Below, one piece after another: positions 8,992-18,283 of a DNA stretch of 64,000 bases; the first letter of the stretch is position 1, and every line of letters starts with the position of its first letter. The notes under the pieces were generated by a model. That model worked only from the letters and a program-made list of their open reading frames with translations. It ran no database searches and had not been told where the DNA came from. Position numbers and translations under genes: made by a program. Location of the stretch: the sequence record NC_023557.1, one strand, 5' to 3'.

Positions 8992-11367
8992 ATGAATTTA
9001 AATGTGGACTATACAATTTACGTGGATAACACCAAGAAGCTTATCCGCACAATGGTCATTAATTCGGCTCAATCAGCTAATATAATTAACGGCCGTATGG
9101 ATGGCTTGGGGTACGGTCGTGACATCTACGACAAGAGTACCTGGAAGTACTACATGAACATGGCCGGGATCTACCATCCGTCCAATGACCGGATGCAGGT
9201 GAAGTCACTCGATAACGGTCAGCTCATCGACTTTACCCGTGAGAACATGGAGATCCATGTCAGCACCAAACGCAGCTACCAGTACGGCACCGACTATTAT
9301 AAAGCCCTGGTTGCGCAGTACCCGTATCAGATCGCGTTGATCAAGGGGATCTTAAACCCAATTGATCTCAGTGTCTCAACCACCGCCGAGGACTGGCAGA
9401 TCCTCTATTACGATAAGACGCTGGTAGAAGATGGTGAAGAGAACCTGATCCCCCGTTTCCAGGAGTGGGTCAACACCCTGATCACCCAGACCTATCTGCC
9501 GGACTATGTCTACATCACCGAAGATCTGATGCACCACTTCTATCTTTCCTTAATTGGTGGTTTTGGTCCTGGTGTGATCTTGGGGATTCGCTTAGAGAAC
9601 ATCAAAACCAACCGGGCACACAGTTTCCATATCTGGTCGCACATTCTGTCGCATGCTGATATTGAGCAGTATCGCCCGTACCTGAACCGCAAGCAGATCC
9701 TCTATCTGTATCGCAACATTGTGTGGCACACCCGCAACCCGGGTGCACAATACTCCTTCCAGAAGATGATCGACGCCTTCTTAACGGAACGCCGCATCCC
9801 ATTACAGTCGTACAACGCCCAGCACAACACCTCGAGCATTCTGACCAAGATTAAACCCGAGGTGGAGTTCAAGCGTGAACTGCTGAACATGCAAGATGCG
9901 ATTGCCAATGTGAACTATGTGCGCAGTACCCGTGAGATCCTGGAAGATGAAGTGCCGCTGGCGAAGAACAACGCCGACGTGTACGAAGACCGGATCGGGG
10001 AAGTCATTCAGGATGTCGGGACCAACCGCAACAGTAACCTCCCGACCAAAGTGCTGGAATCCAACATGCGGGATCTGTCTGACTCGCTGCCGTTCTCACA
10101 CTCCCTGACATTACTGAACGAATGGGTGCGGTTGTCCTCTACGGGCATGTATACCGCGGTGATCACCACTACCAACCCCAATACCGGGCTGACCATGACC
10201 ATGACGGTAAAGGAAGCGTTTATCCTTTATCTGTACGGTGTCTGGCAAAGTCACGGAGTTAACTTGGAGACGATCCCAACCTTCCGTGCCAACATGGTAA
10301 TGAAGATCCCTCGGCCGCAGTTTGCGTTCTTAAAAGCCCAATACGGCTCGCAGCACGTCACCGACGAGTTCATCAAATACGCCCTGAATCTTTGTCCGGA
10401 TATCCCGGCGATCATCTCGACAGAAACCTTCTATGCGAAGACGCTTGAGATTAATGCCGCGACCCAACTGCACCGGGATCTGTACAGCTACCGTAACCAT
10501 TATCATGCGCGGGCAGAATTCGAAGCCCTGGCCTTTGGTTTCTACCAGGATCAGGATTGCGACATCAACTCCGGCATGACCTATAAGGAGTTCTTCAAAC
10601 AGAAGGGGTGGGACTTCACTGACTTACCGCCGGAAGAGTGGGTGGTGTTCGCCAACAAGGTCTCCTCGATTGCCACCGGGTTGGATACGGCTAACCAGCA
10701 GAAGCTCGCGGATATTCAGCAAGCCATGTTGGGCCTGACCATGCAGCTGTCCAGTTACACCATCCAAGTGATCAGGAAGATCAATGAAGAAGCGGTGGTG
10801 ATGCTTGACTGGCCAACCTTGCGCGGGGGTGACATGCACATGAAGGTCTATCAACAGTGGCACTTGGTGGATAACCCTGTGCGACCGATCGATACCCACA
10901 TGCGTGAGAAGAAGACCTACAACCTGATCCACGACTTCCCGAAAGGCCATAACTCGGTAGAGCGCAGCTGGCGCTTCTATATCGACACCGCACGGCAGTT
11001 AAGTAGTCAGGGAATCAACTCCCGTTACAACTATTTAAACGGCGCACGTATGCGGTTGTGGACGGCTGACGATGCGGCGGGTACCGAGAACGAGTTTGAC
11101 CAGCAGATGACCGTGAAAGATCTGCAAGGTCTCTGGATTGACCCGTACGGCGATGCCCGTCCGCCGGCTGACTTCAGTGCAGAAGTGTTGAACGGATTGT
11201 GGACTGATCCGTTACCCGGGATTGCACCAATCGTTAGTAGCTTGGGTGGGTTGTGGATCGATGGTCCAAAGAGCAGTGGTTTTGATGAGGATCTCAACGG
11301 ACTGCATGCTGAAGTCCCTGCGGCATTACAAGCCTTACGCAATACCCCGGGTGATAGCACCACGTAA
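8992..11367 (+). CDS. Virion structural/baseplate protein (phiKZ gp128-like)
   Basis: About 790 aa divergent from the portal; KYYMNMAGIYH...SLDNG...YP.Q..LIKGILNP motif; GGGAGA RBS before ATG 8992. Confidence 0.65.
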   Translation: MNLNVDYTIYVDNTKKLIRTMVINSAQSANIINGRMDGLGYGRDIYDKSTWKYYMNMAGIYHPSNDRMQVKSLDNGQLIDFTRENMEIHVSTKRSYQYGTDYYKALVAQYPYQIALIKGILNPIDLSVSTTAEDWQILYYDKTLVEDGEENLIPRFQEWVNTLITQTYLPDYVYITEDLMHHFYLSLIGGFGPGVILGIRLENIKTNRAHSFHIWSHILSHADIEQYRPYLNRKQILYLYRNIVWHTRNPGAQYSFQKMIDAFLTERRIPLQSYNAQHNTSSILTKIKPEVEFKRELLNMQDAIANVNYVRSTREILEDEVPLAKNNADVYEDRIGEVIQDVGTNRNSNLPTKVLESNMRDLSDSLPFSHSLTLLNEWVRLSSTGMYTAVITTTNPNTGLTMTMTVKEAFILYLYGVWQSHGVNLETIPTFRANMVMKIPRPQFAFLKAQYGSQHVTDEFIKYALNLCPDIPAIISTETFYAKTLEINAATQLHRDLYSYRNHYHARAEFEALAFGFYQDQDCDINSGMTYKEFFKQKGWDFTDLPPEEWVVFANKVSSIATGLDTANQQKLADIQQAMLGLTMQLSSYTIQVIRKINEEAVVMLDWPTLRGGDMHMKVYQQWHLVDNPVRPIDTHMREKKTYNLIHDFPKGHNSVERSWRFYIDTARQLSSQGINSRYNYLNGARMRLWTADDAAGTENEFDQQMTVKDLQGLWIDPYGDARPPADFSAEVLNGLWTDPLPGIAPIVSSLGGLWIDGPKSSGFDEDLNGLHAEVPAALQALRNTPGDSTT

Positions 11368-11368
11368 C

Positions 11369-11400
11369 CGGCATAATGAGGGGTCGTCACTGACCCCTCA
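11369..11400 (-). terminator. Hairpin TGAGGGGTC/GACCCCTCA with the TTATGCCG motif facing the minus strand
   Basis: 9-bp stem preceded by CGGCATAA, the reverse complement of TTATGCCG. Confidence 0.6.
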
Positions 11401-11446
11401 AAAGTAATCCTATGTTTACACCACCTCTACGCCTAAGGAGAACCAC

Positions 11447-12322
11447 GTGCCTGCTAATCAGCCGATTCACGGTGAGGGTGACTATGTCGTAGACGTCGCA
11501 TTGAGCTCTGCTGAGTTAGTGTATGGTTTGATTAACCATGACAACAACACAGACTACACCTCATTGACGTTACGGTTAGGAACCCCGACTGTAAATACCA
11601 ATGCACAGCACGATCGTAATACCCGTATCTTTGCCCAAACTCGTCCAGGCGCGCCGAAGCAGGGGTCAACGTATTTCTATTATGATCGTATTTCGCTGGC
11701 CTACTATCTGCAAAACTACCCTGACCTGGAAGTCGACATCACCGATGACATGCTCACCATGCGTGATCTGATTCCGTGGATGAACCAGACCTTTGGATTA
11801 GGGTTGGTTGCTGAAGATGTCCGGGCCGATTTAATTGACCGTAGCCCGAACGCTGAAAACCGCTTTGCGATGTCAGCTGCCTCCCTGGCCTGGCAGGATT
11901 CGATCGTCTTAAAGATCAACATCCCACCGGTGGATATTGCCACCTTGACCGGTGACTCGGTCTTTGATGCCATCGAAGTGGTGTCAGAACACCCACGCAC
12001 TTACGGTCAGCTGTATGGCTACCAGGTTGACACCGCTGGTATGGCGGCGTTACTGACCGGTCTGCCAATTGGTAAGCTGAGTAATCTCAATGGTGAGAAC
12101 CTCACGCAAGCATTGTCCACTGCTACTTCTGACTATTGGGCTTTCGATGCAACTCCAGTCGTCCGTAACCTCTATGGCGCTACTGTGCGCTTTAATGGTC
12201 GCAGTACTGACCAGGCCGTGTACCCCACTAAACCAGACAACGCGTACATGGTAATCGTGGATATTGTTGAGAGTGAATGCCTGGAGTTCGAAGGCCCGTT
12301 GGTTCTCTACTACACCCGTTAA
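11447..12322 (+). CDS. Virion tail/baseplate protein, paralogue 1
   Basis: GTG start after AAGGAG; shares Y.R(I/L) and W...NL.GA.V.(F/Y)NG motifs with 12338 and 14068. Confidence 0.65.
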   Translation: MPANQPIHGEGDYVVDVALSSAELVYGLINHDNNTDYTSLTLRLGTPTVNTNAQHDRNTRIFAQTRPGAPKQGSTYFYYDRISLAYYLQNYPDLEVDITDDMLTMRDLIPWMNQTFGLGLVAEDVRADLIDRSPNAENRFAMSAASLAWQDSIVLKINIPPVDIATLTGDSVFDAIEVVSEHPRTYGQLYGYQVDTAGMAALLTGLPIGKLSNLNGENLTQALSTATSDYWAFDATPVVRNLYGATVRFNGRSTDQAVYPTKPDNAYMVIVDIVESECLEFEGPLVLYYTR

Positions 12323-12337
12323 CCGAGGAATCGCATT

Positions 12338-13156
12338 ATGTTACAACGCATTCTGCAAAAGACGGCTAACGAGATTATCGTTGAACCGTTTAACCTGGCT
12401 TTTAACACCAACTTAAAAGCTGCCAATTTTGAGCTGAAGGATGTCGGTCCTACAACCGGTGGAAAAGATACCCAGGCCACCTTGTCAGTGATCGACACCA
12501 CCTCCGGGTATAAAGGTGAGCGTCCGTTCACGTATAACCGTCTGGATGCCACAGAACTCTTTTACGGTGTGCCGAAGTTCTTCCCAATGGGCTCGGCTGA
12601 CATTGATGAATACTCTGTCGTTGGGATGCTGGCCTTACGTTATGGTCTGAAGCTTGACATCAACCATATCGCTAACGTCGCCATCACTGCCGGTAAAGCC
12701 GTGGTAACGTTTGCAGATTCATCACCGATCATCAAAGGCAGCGTGCAGTTTGACTTCTACGATGAAGCCATCGATTTGGAAGAACTGATTGCTGATCCAG
12801 AAATCGGCGTGCTGGAGATGCCAGAGCGTACTGAGAAGCCGAACGTGACGTATTACAGTTACGCGCACGACATGACGTACTGTAAAGCGTTTGTTCCGGG
12901 TATGGCGGTGGGTTCACTGGCAACACAGGAACTGGCTGACGCAGTAGCGAACATCACCGGTGATCCGTGGGTGCTGGCAGACGACACTACCACTGAATAC
13001 AACCTGGCCGGTGCTGAGCTTGTCTACAACGGTAACACCACCACTGCGAATGCCCAGGGCTATCCCGTCAATGACGAATACGCCATGGTGGCTTTGTTTA
13101 AATTAACAGATTCATGTAATAATTTTAGTGGTCTGCTAATGGTTAACATGAACTAA
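12338..13156 (+). CDS. Virion tail/baseplate protein, paralogue 2
   Basis: TYNRLDA and DPWVL...NLAGAELVYNG motifs shared with neighbours. Confidence 0.65.
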   Translation: MLQRILQKTANEIIVEPFNLAFNTNLKAANFELKDVGPTTGGKDTQATLSVIDTTSGYKGERPFTYNRLDATELFYGVPKFFPMGSADIDEYSVVGMLALRYGLKLDINHIANVAITAGKAVVTFADSSPIIKGSVQFDFYDEAIDLEELIADPEIGVLEMPERTEKPNVTYYSYAHDMTYCKAFVPGMAVGSLATQELADAVANITGDPWVLADDTTTEYNLAGAELVYNGNTTTANAQGYPVNDEYAMVALFKLTDSCNNFSGLLMVNMN

Positions 13157-13176
13157 TCTGTTGAAAAGGAACAATA

Positions 13177-14052
13177 ATGAAACGTAATGTCAGATCGCAT
13201 GCAGGGAACATGTTGCAGGTCGCCCAGATGTTGGGTATTGCACATGTGGTTCAGGAGCACACCACGCTGAATGAAAAGTTCAATGTGCTGCCTGATCAGA
13301 TCCCGCAGACCGGTCGCCCTAACATGCAGTACTTCTGCATTGGCTTTGGCGGACACAAAGGTATTCTCGGTAAGAACAATACCTTCCTGTCCACATCGAT
13401 CGACCACTACCCGGATCATGCGGCGCTCTATAAACACATCCCGTTTGTGTTGCGTGAGATCGGTAATGACCTCACTGCAGATCAGCGCGCGAAGTATCGT
13501 CTGCGCAGCATCATCACGCTGGATGACGGCAGTCGCTATATCGCCTACTACCTGAAGAAGATCGAACTCAGTAATGTGGTGGTGCGTTCTCAAAAGAACA
13601 CACGCGATGAAGCCGGTTTAATCACCACCTCTGACTATGTGCCGGATGCCTCGGTACTGAACCCACAACAACCTGAACTCAACACCAACAACATCGACCA
13701 GGTAGTCACCTCCACGACCTTCTTGTCAGCCAACGCTGAACTGGATCTGTCGCTGAATGAGCTTGACTGTTCAGAGCTGCTCGATGTCGCCCGCATCCTT
13801 TATAAAGATGAAGCGTATGCCCTGGTGTCGGAGTACGGTCTGGTGGCAGGTATCGATGTTCCTGCTCAGGGTTCAACCGGTGCTGGCGGAACCATTCAGT
13901 ATACTGAAGTGGTGGCGGCACAGATCGTGGACTTCATGACCAACCGTGGCTCAGGTGCGGATGATGACGATAAAGGCATCACCTGTCTGGTCAACTACGG
14001 TGCTACTGAGCCGCTGTTAGCTGACAGTGGTGCAAACGCAACAACCGTCTAA
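13177..14052 (+). CDS. Baseplate protein (phiKZ gp139-like)
   Basis: TTLNEKFNV...P.MQYFCIGFGGH motif characteristic of this jumbo-phage family as I recall it. Confidence 0.65.
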   Translation: MKRNVRSHAGNMLQVAQMLGIAHVVQEHTTLNEKFNVLPDQIPQTGRPNMQYFCIGFGGHKGILGKNNTFLSTSIDHYPDHAALYKHIPFVLREIGNDLTADQRAKYRLRSIITLDDGSRYIAYYLKKIELSNVVVRSQKNTRDEAGLITTSDYVPDASVLNPQQPELNTNNIDQVVTSTTFLSANAELDLSLNELDCSELLDVARILYKDEAYALVSEYGLVAGIDVPAQGSTGAGGTIQYTEVVAAQIVDFMTNRGSGADDDDKGITCLVNYGATEPLLADSGANATTV

Positions 14053-14067
14053 TGACACGGGGGTGAC

Positions 14068-14937
14068 ATGAACATTCTGGGTAAAGATCCACAACAGTTG
14101 ATCAAAGAACTCGCTGCCGGTCACAACAATGTCACGTTGGTACCAGGGGCGACGAAAGTGGTTAACTTTCAAAACCTGGCTGGTACGGTTGGTATTGACG
14201 CACAGGCGGATATTGTCCCGGCTGACCCGACCGTCTATTACCGTAAGAAGACCATCCAGTTTGGCAAGATCGATCTGTCCAAACATTGGCTGAATCAGCG
14301 TCTGACGATCCCACTGCAGGCAAACTCAACCAGCCACAGCATCTTACCACAGCTGATCAAACGTTATGGTCTGAAACTGTCCACGGATGATCTGGTGCTG
14401 ACCACGGTAAATACCAGTAAAGATATCTGGGAATTGCCGATTCGGGTGAAAGCCACCTCGTGGGTCTTTAAGAACACGCTGGACAACATCATCGTCTACG
14501 CCACCGATGTCAGCACCGATCTGCAGTATGTGATCAAACGCCCATCGTTGACTGGGTTGGCGTATCCTTCTGCCGATACCACCAAGATGCAAGGCCCGCT
14601 GTTAAGCTACGGCATGCATTACAGTGTGTATACCGGACAGAACGAAGCGCTTAGAAATGCGAAGGTCGGTTACAAGATGATTGTGGCCTCTGACGATGAC
14701 TGGGCGATTGCGGATCTGCTGTCGGACTACACGGGTCTGGCATGGTCGTTTAAACAGACTGGACCAAGCCTGTACAATGCCGAAGTGGTGTATAATGGCG
14801 TTGCAACGAATGTACCGAGCACCTATTCCCATCTTGATCGCAATAGCGCCACGAACTTCTTAATTTTGAAGCTCAGTGGTGTTGGTGATGTGGGTGGGTA
14901 TGTGGCTATTGGTTACACGATCGAAGTTGATCCGTAG
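14068..14937 (+). CDS. Virion tail/baseplate protein, paralogue 3
   Basis: FGKIDLS and AWSF...SLYNAEVVYNG motifs shared with 11447 and 12338. Confidence 0.65.
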   Translation: MNILGKDPQQLIKELAAGHNNVTLVPGATKVVNFQNLAGTVGIDAQADIVPADPTVYYRKKTIQFGKIDLSKHWLNQRLTIPLQANSTSHSILPQLIKRYGLKLSTDDLVLTTVNTSKDIWELPIRVKATSWVFKNTLDNIIVYATDVSTDLQYVIKRPSLTGLAYPSADTTKMQGPLLSYGMHYSVYTGQNEALRNAKVGYKMIVASDDDWAIADLLSDYTGLAWSFKQTGPSLYNAEVVYNGVATNVPSTYSHLDRNSATNFLILKLSGVGDVGGYVAIGYTIEVDP

Positions 14938-14950
14938 CAGTGTATAAATG

Positions 14951-14976
14951 AAGGGTGGGGCTTCGGCTCTGCCCTT
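14951..14976 (+). terminator. Hairpin AAGGGTGGGGC-TTCG-GCTCTGCCCTT
   Basis: cUUCGg hairpin after the stop at 14937; no U-tract. Confidence 0.5.
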
Positions 14977-14986
14977 AGGGAGTCTT

Positions 14987-15592
14987 ATGATGGTGTTGCA
15001 AGATGGACGCCCGGTGGAAGAGTTACTGCAGGTCTCCATTGACCCCGGAACTGATACCGTCGGTGTTACGTTATTGGGATTGCATCCGATCACCCTTGAG
15101 ATGACCTGGAAGGAATCCTTTACGTTGTATGGATCATTGCTTAATTACCGCTCAGAGCTCGTGTTCCAGGAAGACCGGAATCGTGATGCACGTTTAAAGG
15201 GCCTCACTGATGCCCTGCTGCGTTATCTCTGTACGGTACGGCCTCACGTAGTGGTGTTTGAAGATAACTTCTTACGTCACTCCCCACAGGCCTTTAAAGC
15301 ACTGATCGAATCGGTGGAAGCCATTAAGCGTGCAGTCTGGGGGTATAACCCATACTTACCGTTCTATGAGATCTCTCCGATGCAGGCGAAAGGTGCCGTG
15401 AATGCGATTGCTCCTCGCGGACAAAAACATGATAAGGAGCTAGTGCGTAAGGGACTGATGAACTATCCACGTTTACAAATCCCTCATGCTATTTTGCAGA
15501 CACTCTCTGAGCACGCAGTTGACTCCGTCGCCATCGGTATCTACGGCCTGGAACAATTGTCGCTCGCATTGAGTGCTGCTCATTGGAGATAA
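14987..15592 (+). CDS. ruvC: RuvC-like Holliday junction resolvase
   Basis: SIDPGTDTVG (D), VVVFEDNF (E), ISPMQAKGAV, DKELVRKGL, EHAVDSVAIG (D): RNase H-fold RuvC acidic residues. Confidence 0.75.
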   Translation: MMVLQDGRPVEELLQVSIDPGTDTVGVTLLGLHPITLEMTWKESFTLYGSLLNYRSELVFQEDRNRDARLKGLTDALLRYLCTVRPHVVVFEDNFLRHSPQAFKALIESVEAIKRAVWGYNPYLPFYEISPMQAKGAVNAIAPRGQKHDKELVRKGLMNYPRLQIPHAILQTLSEHAVDSVAIGIYGLEQLSLALSAAHWR

Positions 15593-15593
15593 A

Positions 15594-16103
15594 ATGACTA
15601 CGCAGGCTACTGAAGAAGAGAAGGTGGAAGTGCCGGCCTCGAGTCTGGTTGAGCCAGTGATCGAGTCGGTACACCCGCCGGTTGTCCGGGCAATGAACTT
15701 TGCCGGGGTACTGGCTGTCCTCACCACCTGTTTGTGTGCCATTGCTTTCTTTGCCAACATGTCAATCCATGTCTGGCGAAACGGGTCATGGCCGCCGAAC
15801 GTCGGGGCAGTGATCGTGGCAGTGGTATTGATCGGCCCTGTCTTAACCGCCTGGCAGTTCATGGGTGTGCGCAAAATCCTAACCTCATTACTTTCAAACG
15901 AGAATGGCCTGGGGTTAGGCGGAATTGCGAAAGAGGTCGTGGCCCGTCGTATGGGGTTTCAATACCAACCGACTCAGCCGATGACCAGCCAACAGGTGCA
16001 GCAGAACTACCCGTCACATCAACCGCCGGTGGAATATCCCACTCCACCCGAGGGTTATGCACAGAACGTCCCGCCCGTACCACCAGGTGAGAATGCACGA
16101 TGA
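15594..16103 (+). CDS. Two-TM membrane protein, holin candidate
   Basis: Two hydrophobic segments (FAGVLAVLTTCLCAIAFFA; VGAVIVAVVLIGPVLTAW); converges on the spanin pair. Confidence 0.5.
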   Translation: MTTQATEEEKVEVPASSLVEPVIESVHPPVVRAMNFAGVLAVLTTCLCAIAFFANMSIHVWRNGSWPPNVGAVIVAVVLIGPVLTAWQFMGVRKILTSLLSNENGLGLGGIAKEVVARRMGFQYQPTQPMTSQQVQQNYPSHQPPVEYPTPPEGYAQNVPPVPPGENAR

Positions 16104-16124
16104 ATAGCACCGAACTGATTTAAT

Positions 16125-16177
16125 CAGCATAAAGACAGAGAGCTTCCTTGCGGAGGCCCTCTGTCTTGTTTATGCCG
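16125..16177. terminator. Bidirectional hairpin flanked by CAGCATAAA and TTTATGCCG
   Basis: AAGACAGAG/CTCTGTCTT outer stem between convergent genes. Confidence 0.7.
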
Positions 16178-16184
16178 GTTAAGG

Positions 16185-16688
16185 TTATTTCGTCGATCCC
16201 GTAGGGGGATTAACTTTCAGGTTGTTCAACTGTTTTATTGCAGTGAGCAGACCAGTGGTGTATTCCTGGAGTTTGGTCAGACGACGAGCAGTGTCATCCG
16301 CTTCTGCCCCAATGTTAATTAAGAACTGACTGTCTTCAGGTGGAAAGTACAGGTACTCATCATCTTCGAGCACACTGGTGACTTTATAGTTTACATCAGG
16401 CAAAGGTGCAATCGCTGCCGTTGAGGTAGCTGGAGCGCCCGCTGGAACACCTACAGTTGCAGGCACGTCAGCATCACTCGTACTACCAAAGCGGTCAATG
16501 ATTCGCTTTTGCACCGTCGGAGCCGCGGGTCGCATCAGGGGAGCTGGCGGCTCCTGGACTTGCAATACCGTTTGCTCCAGCAACGTTCCGGTAAGGGATG
16601 GTGACGGGGGCGCTTGGTTTCTTGATCCGCAACCGGAAAGAACCATCACTAACAGCCCCAAGCAAGTTCCCAGTAGTAGCTTGCGCAT
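16185..16688 (-). CDS. o-spanin (outer-membrane lipoprotein)
   Basis: Lipoprotein signal MRKLLLGTCLGLLVMVLSG-C; Pro-rich; start overlaps the 3' part of the i-spanin in another frame. Confidence 0.7.
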   Translation of the reverse strand: MRKLLLGTCLGLLVMVLSGCGSRNQAPPSPSLTGTLLEQTVLQVQEPPAPLMRPAAPTVQKRIIDRFGSTSDADVPATVGVPAGAPATSTAAIAPLPDVNYKVTSVLEDDEYLYFPPEDSQFLINIGAEADDTARRLTKLQEYTTGLLTAIKQLNNLKVNPPTGSTK

Positions 16689-16959
16689 CCTGTGACTCCT
16701 TATCATATTCAGAACTGATTCGTTGAGTCAGCGCCATCTGTTGTTGCTGGATGTCTCTCGTCTGCTCCCCGAGGACCTTTAGTTGATTAACAGATTCGCC
16801 TATCGATTCAATCTGTTTCGACATTTGTTTCTGTTGTTCACCAAGCGTGGCAACCGACGTCGCTGTTGACCACAGAAAATAGACAACGAAGCCTACCACT
16901 GCGATGACAAGTACGACTTTGAAGTTTTTAAGAAATAGTTCTTTCAGCAGAATCCACAT
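16495..16959 (-). CDS. i-spanin (inner-membrane anchored coiled coil)
   Basis: Single N-terminal TM, periplasmic coiled coil, GSFRLRI motif as in Rz-like proteins. Confidence 0.7.
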   Translation of the reverse strand: MWILLKELFLKNFKVVLVIAVVGFVVYFLWSTATSVATLGEQQKQMSKQIESIGESVNQLKVLGEQTRDIQQQQMALTQRISSEYDKESQDAQATTGNLLGAVSDGSFRLRIKKPSAPVTIPYRNVAGANGIASPGAASSPDATRGSDGAKANH

Positions 16960-16968
16960 AAGTCGACC

Positions 16969-18198
16969 TTAATAGGTAGAGATCTTCAACCACCAGGCTT
17001 TGGCAAAGACCCAGGGTTTGGGCATCAGCCCATAGTCTGTGACAATGTCCTCGTTACGGTACTGGATGGTTGTGTTAAGGGCGAATCGCCGACGATGGTG
17101 TAAGGTAAGTAACCGAGAGCGTCCCTCGCCCGGGCGTAGCAAAGGCTCCGCCATCACCCCGTTGTTCAGCTGAATGGGGATACGAGTGTTATCGGGCACG
17201 GTGAACATACCAGGCCATTTATGTGTCTCCAGGGGAATCTGCTCCACTTCTAAGAGCGGATTGTCAAACACCACCCAAAAACTGGTAGATAAGAGCAGCC
17301 AGGCTTTATAGAAGTCATCCTTCTGGTAATCACCCTTGCTCATGATCCGAGGCGAGTCAGGATTGATATTGGCCGGAATGCTAGATAGGTCTATGAATTC
17401 GCGGTCATAGAAATAGCGATCAACCCAGTCAATATACACCGTTGACAAACTGACCAGGCCTTCTCCGAGGATAGAGATGACTTCATCCTGCCAATAGAAG
17501 ATCCCACCGATCACAATCCCGACGGATTTACCCTGGGCGCTAAACGGTGGCGACATCAGGATCTTCTGCCGATAGGGGTTCAGTTCATCTGAAGGCTGGA
17601 GCTGGTCCGCGGTGATGGAGTAACACTTCAGGGTGCTGACATTATGAAAGCTCAATACGCCTGATTTCACATCGTTGCTGACTTTGGCATTTTTACACGC
17701 ATCTAACAGATAGATGCCGTCATCGGATAGCGAGCTGCGGTGCAGGTAGCCGTTCACGGTAAACAATGCACAGTTAAATAATGTCGGGTAGTCCACTCCT
17801 TCTTTCATTAAGATGACATCATTAGCGTCCGCATAGCTAAAGTCACGTTTCAGGGATGAGGTGATGTTGGTCGGCTTTTGGGTAAACCACCATTCATTGA
17901 GATTGTTAAATAGCGCAGACTTCTTGGTGAGATTAGGCAGCGTCGTTGAGGTGGTCAACGCCCGGTTACCGAGCGAGGCTAACCACTGCACCAACGTGCC
18001 GTTGAAAGCACTCACTTCATTATAATAATCCTGCAGAACCAGGCAGACGTTCTTCTTTAGAAAGGGTGACGATAATATGACCCGGTTTTCAGAATAGGTC
18101 TGCAACACCGTTTTGAGCTGCATGGATGAAATATCGTCAGCAACTAACTTCGGGCGCTTGCCCACGGTTTTGGAAATACAGGCAACGTAGTTATACAT
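16969..18198 (-). CDS. Probable virion structural protein
   Basis: 409-aa ORF in the structural module; ALFTVNGYLH motif recalled from phiKZ-like structural proteins. Confidence 0.5.
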   Translation of the reverse strand: MYNYVACISKTVGKRPKLVADDISSMQLKTVLQTYSENRVILSSPFLKKNVCLVLQDYYNEVSAFNGTLVQWLASLGNRALTTSTTLPNLTKKSALFNNLNEWWFTQKPTNITSSLKRDFSYADANDVILMKEGVDYPTLFNCALFTVNGYLHRSSLSDDGIYLLDACKNAKVSNDVKSGVLSFHNVSTLKCYSITADQLQPSDELNPYRQKILMSPPFSAQGKSVGIVIGGIFYWQDEVISILGEGLVSLSTVYIDWVDRYFYDREFIDLSSIPANINPDSPRIMSKGDYQKDDFYKAWLLLSTSFWVVFDNPLLEVEQIPLETHKWPGMFTVPDNTRIPIQLNNGVMAEPLLRPGEGRSRLLTLHHRRRFALNTTIQYRNEDIVTDYGLMPKPWVFAKAWWLKISTY

Positions 18199-18283
18199 GC
18201 GCTCCGCCCTTAGTTTGAAAAATCAATCATATGTGCTCGTTACTTAAACATACCTAAGCTATAAAATTACTTTGGAGACCGAC

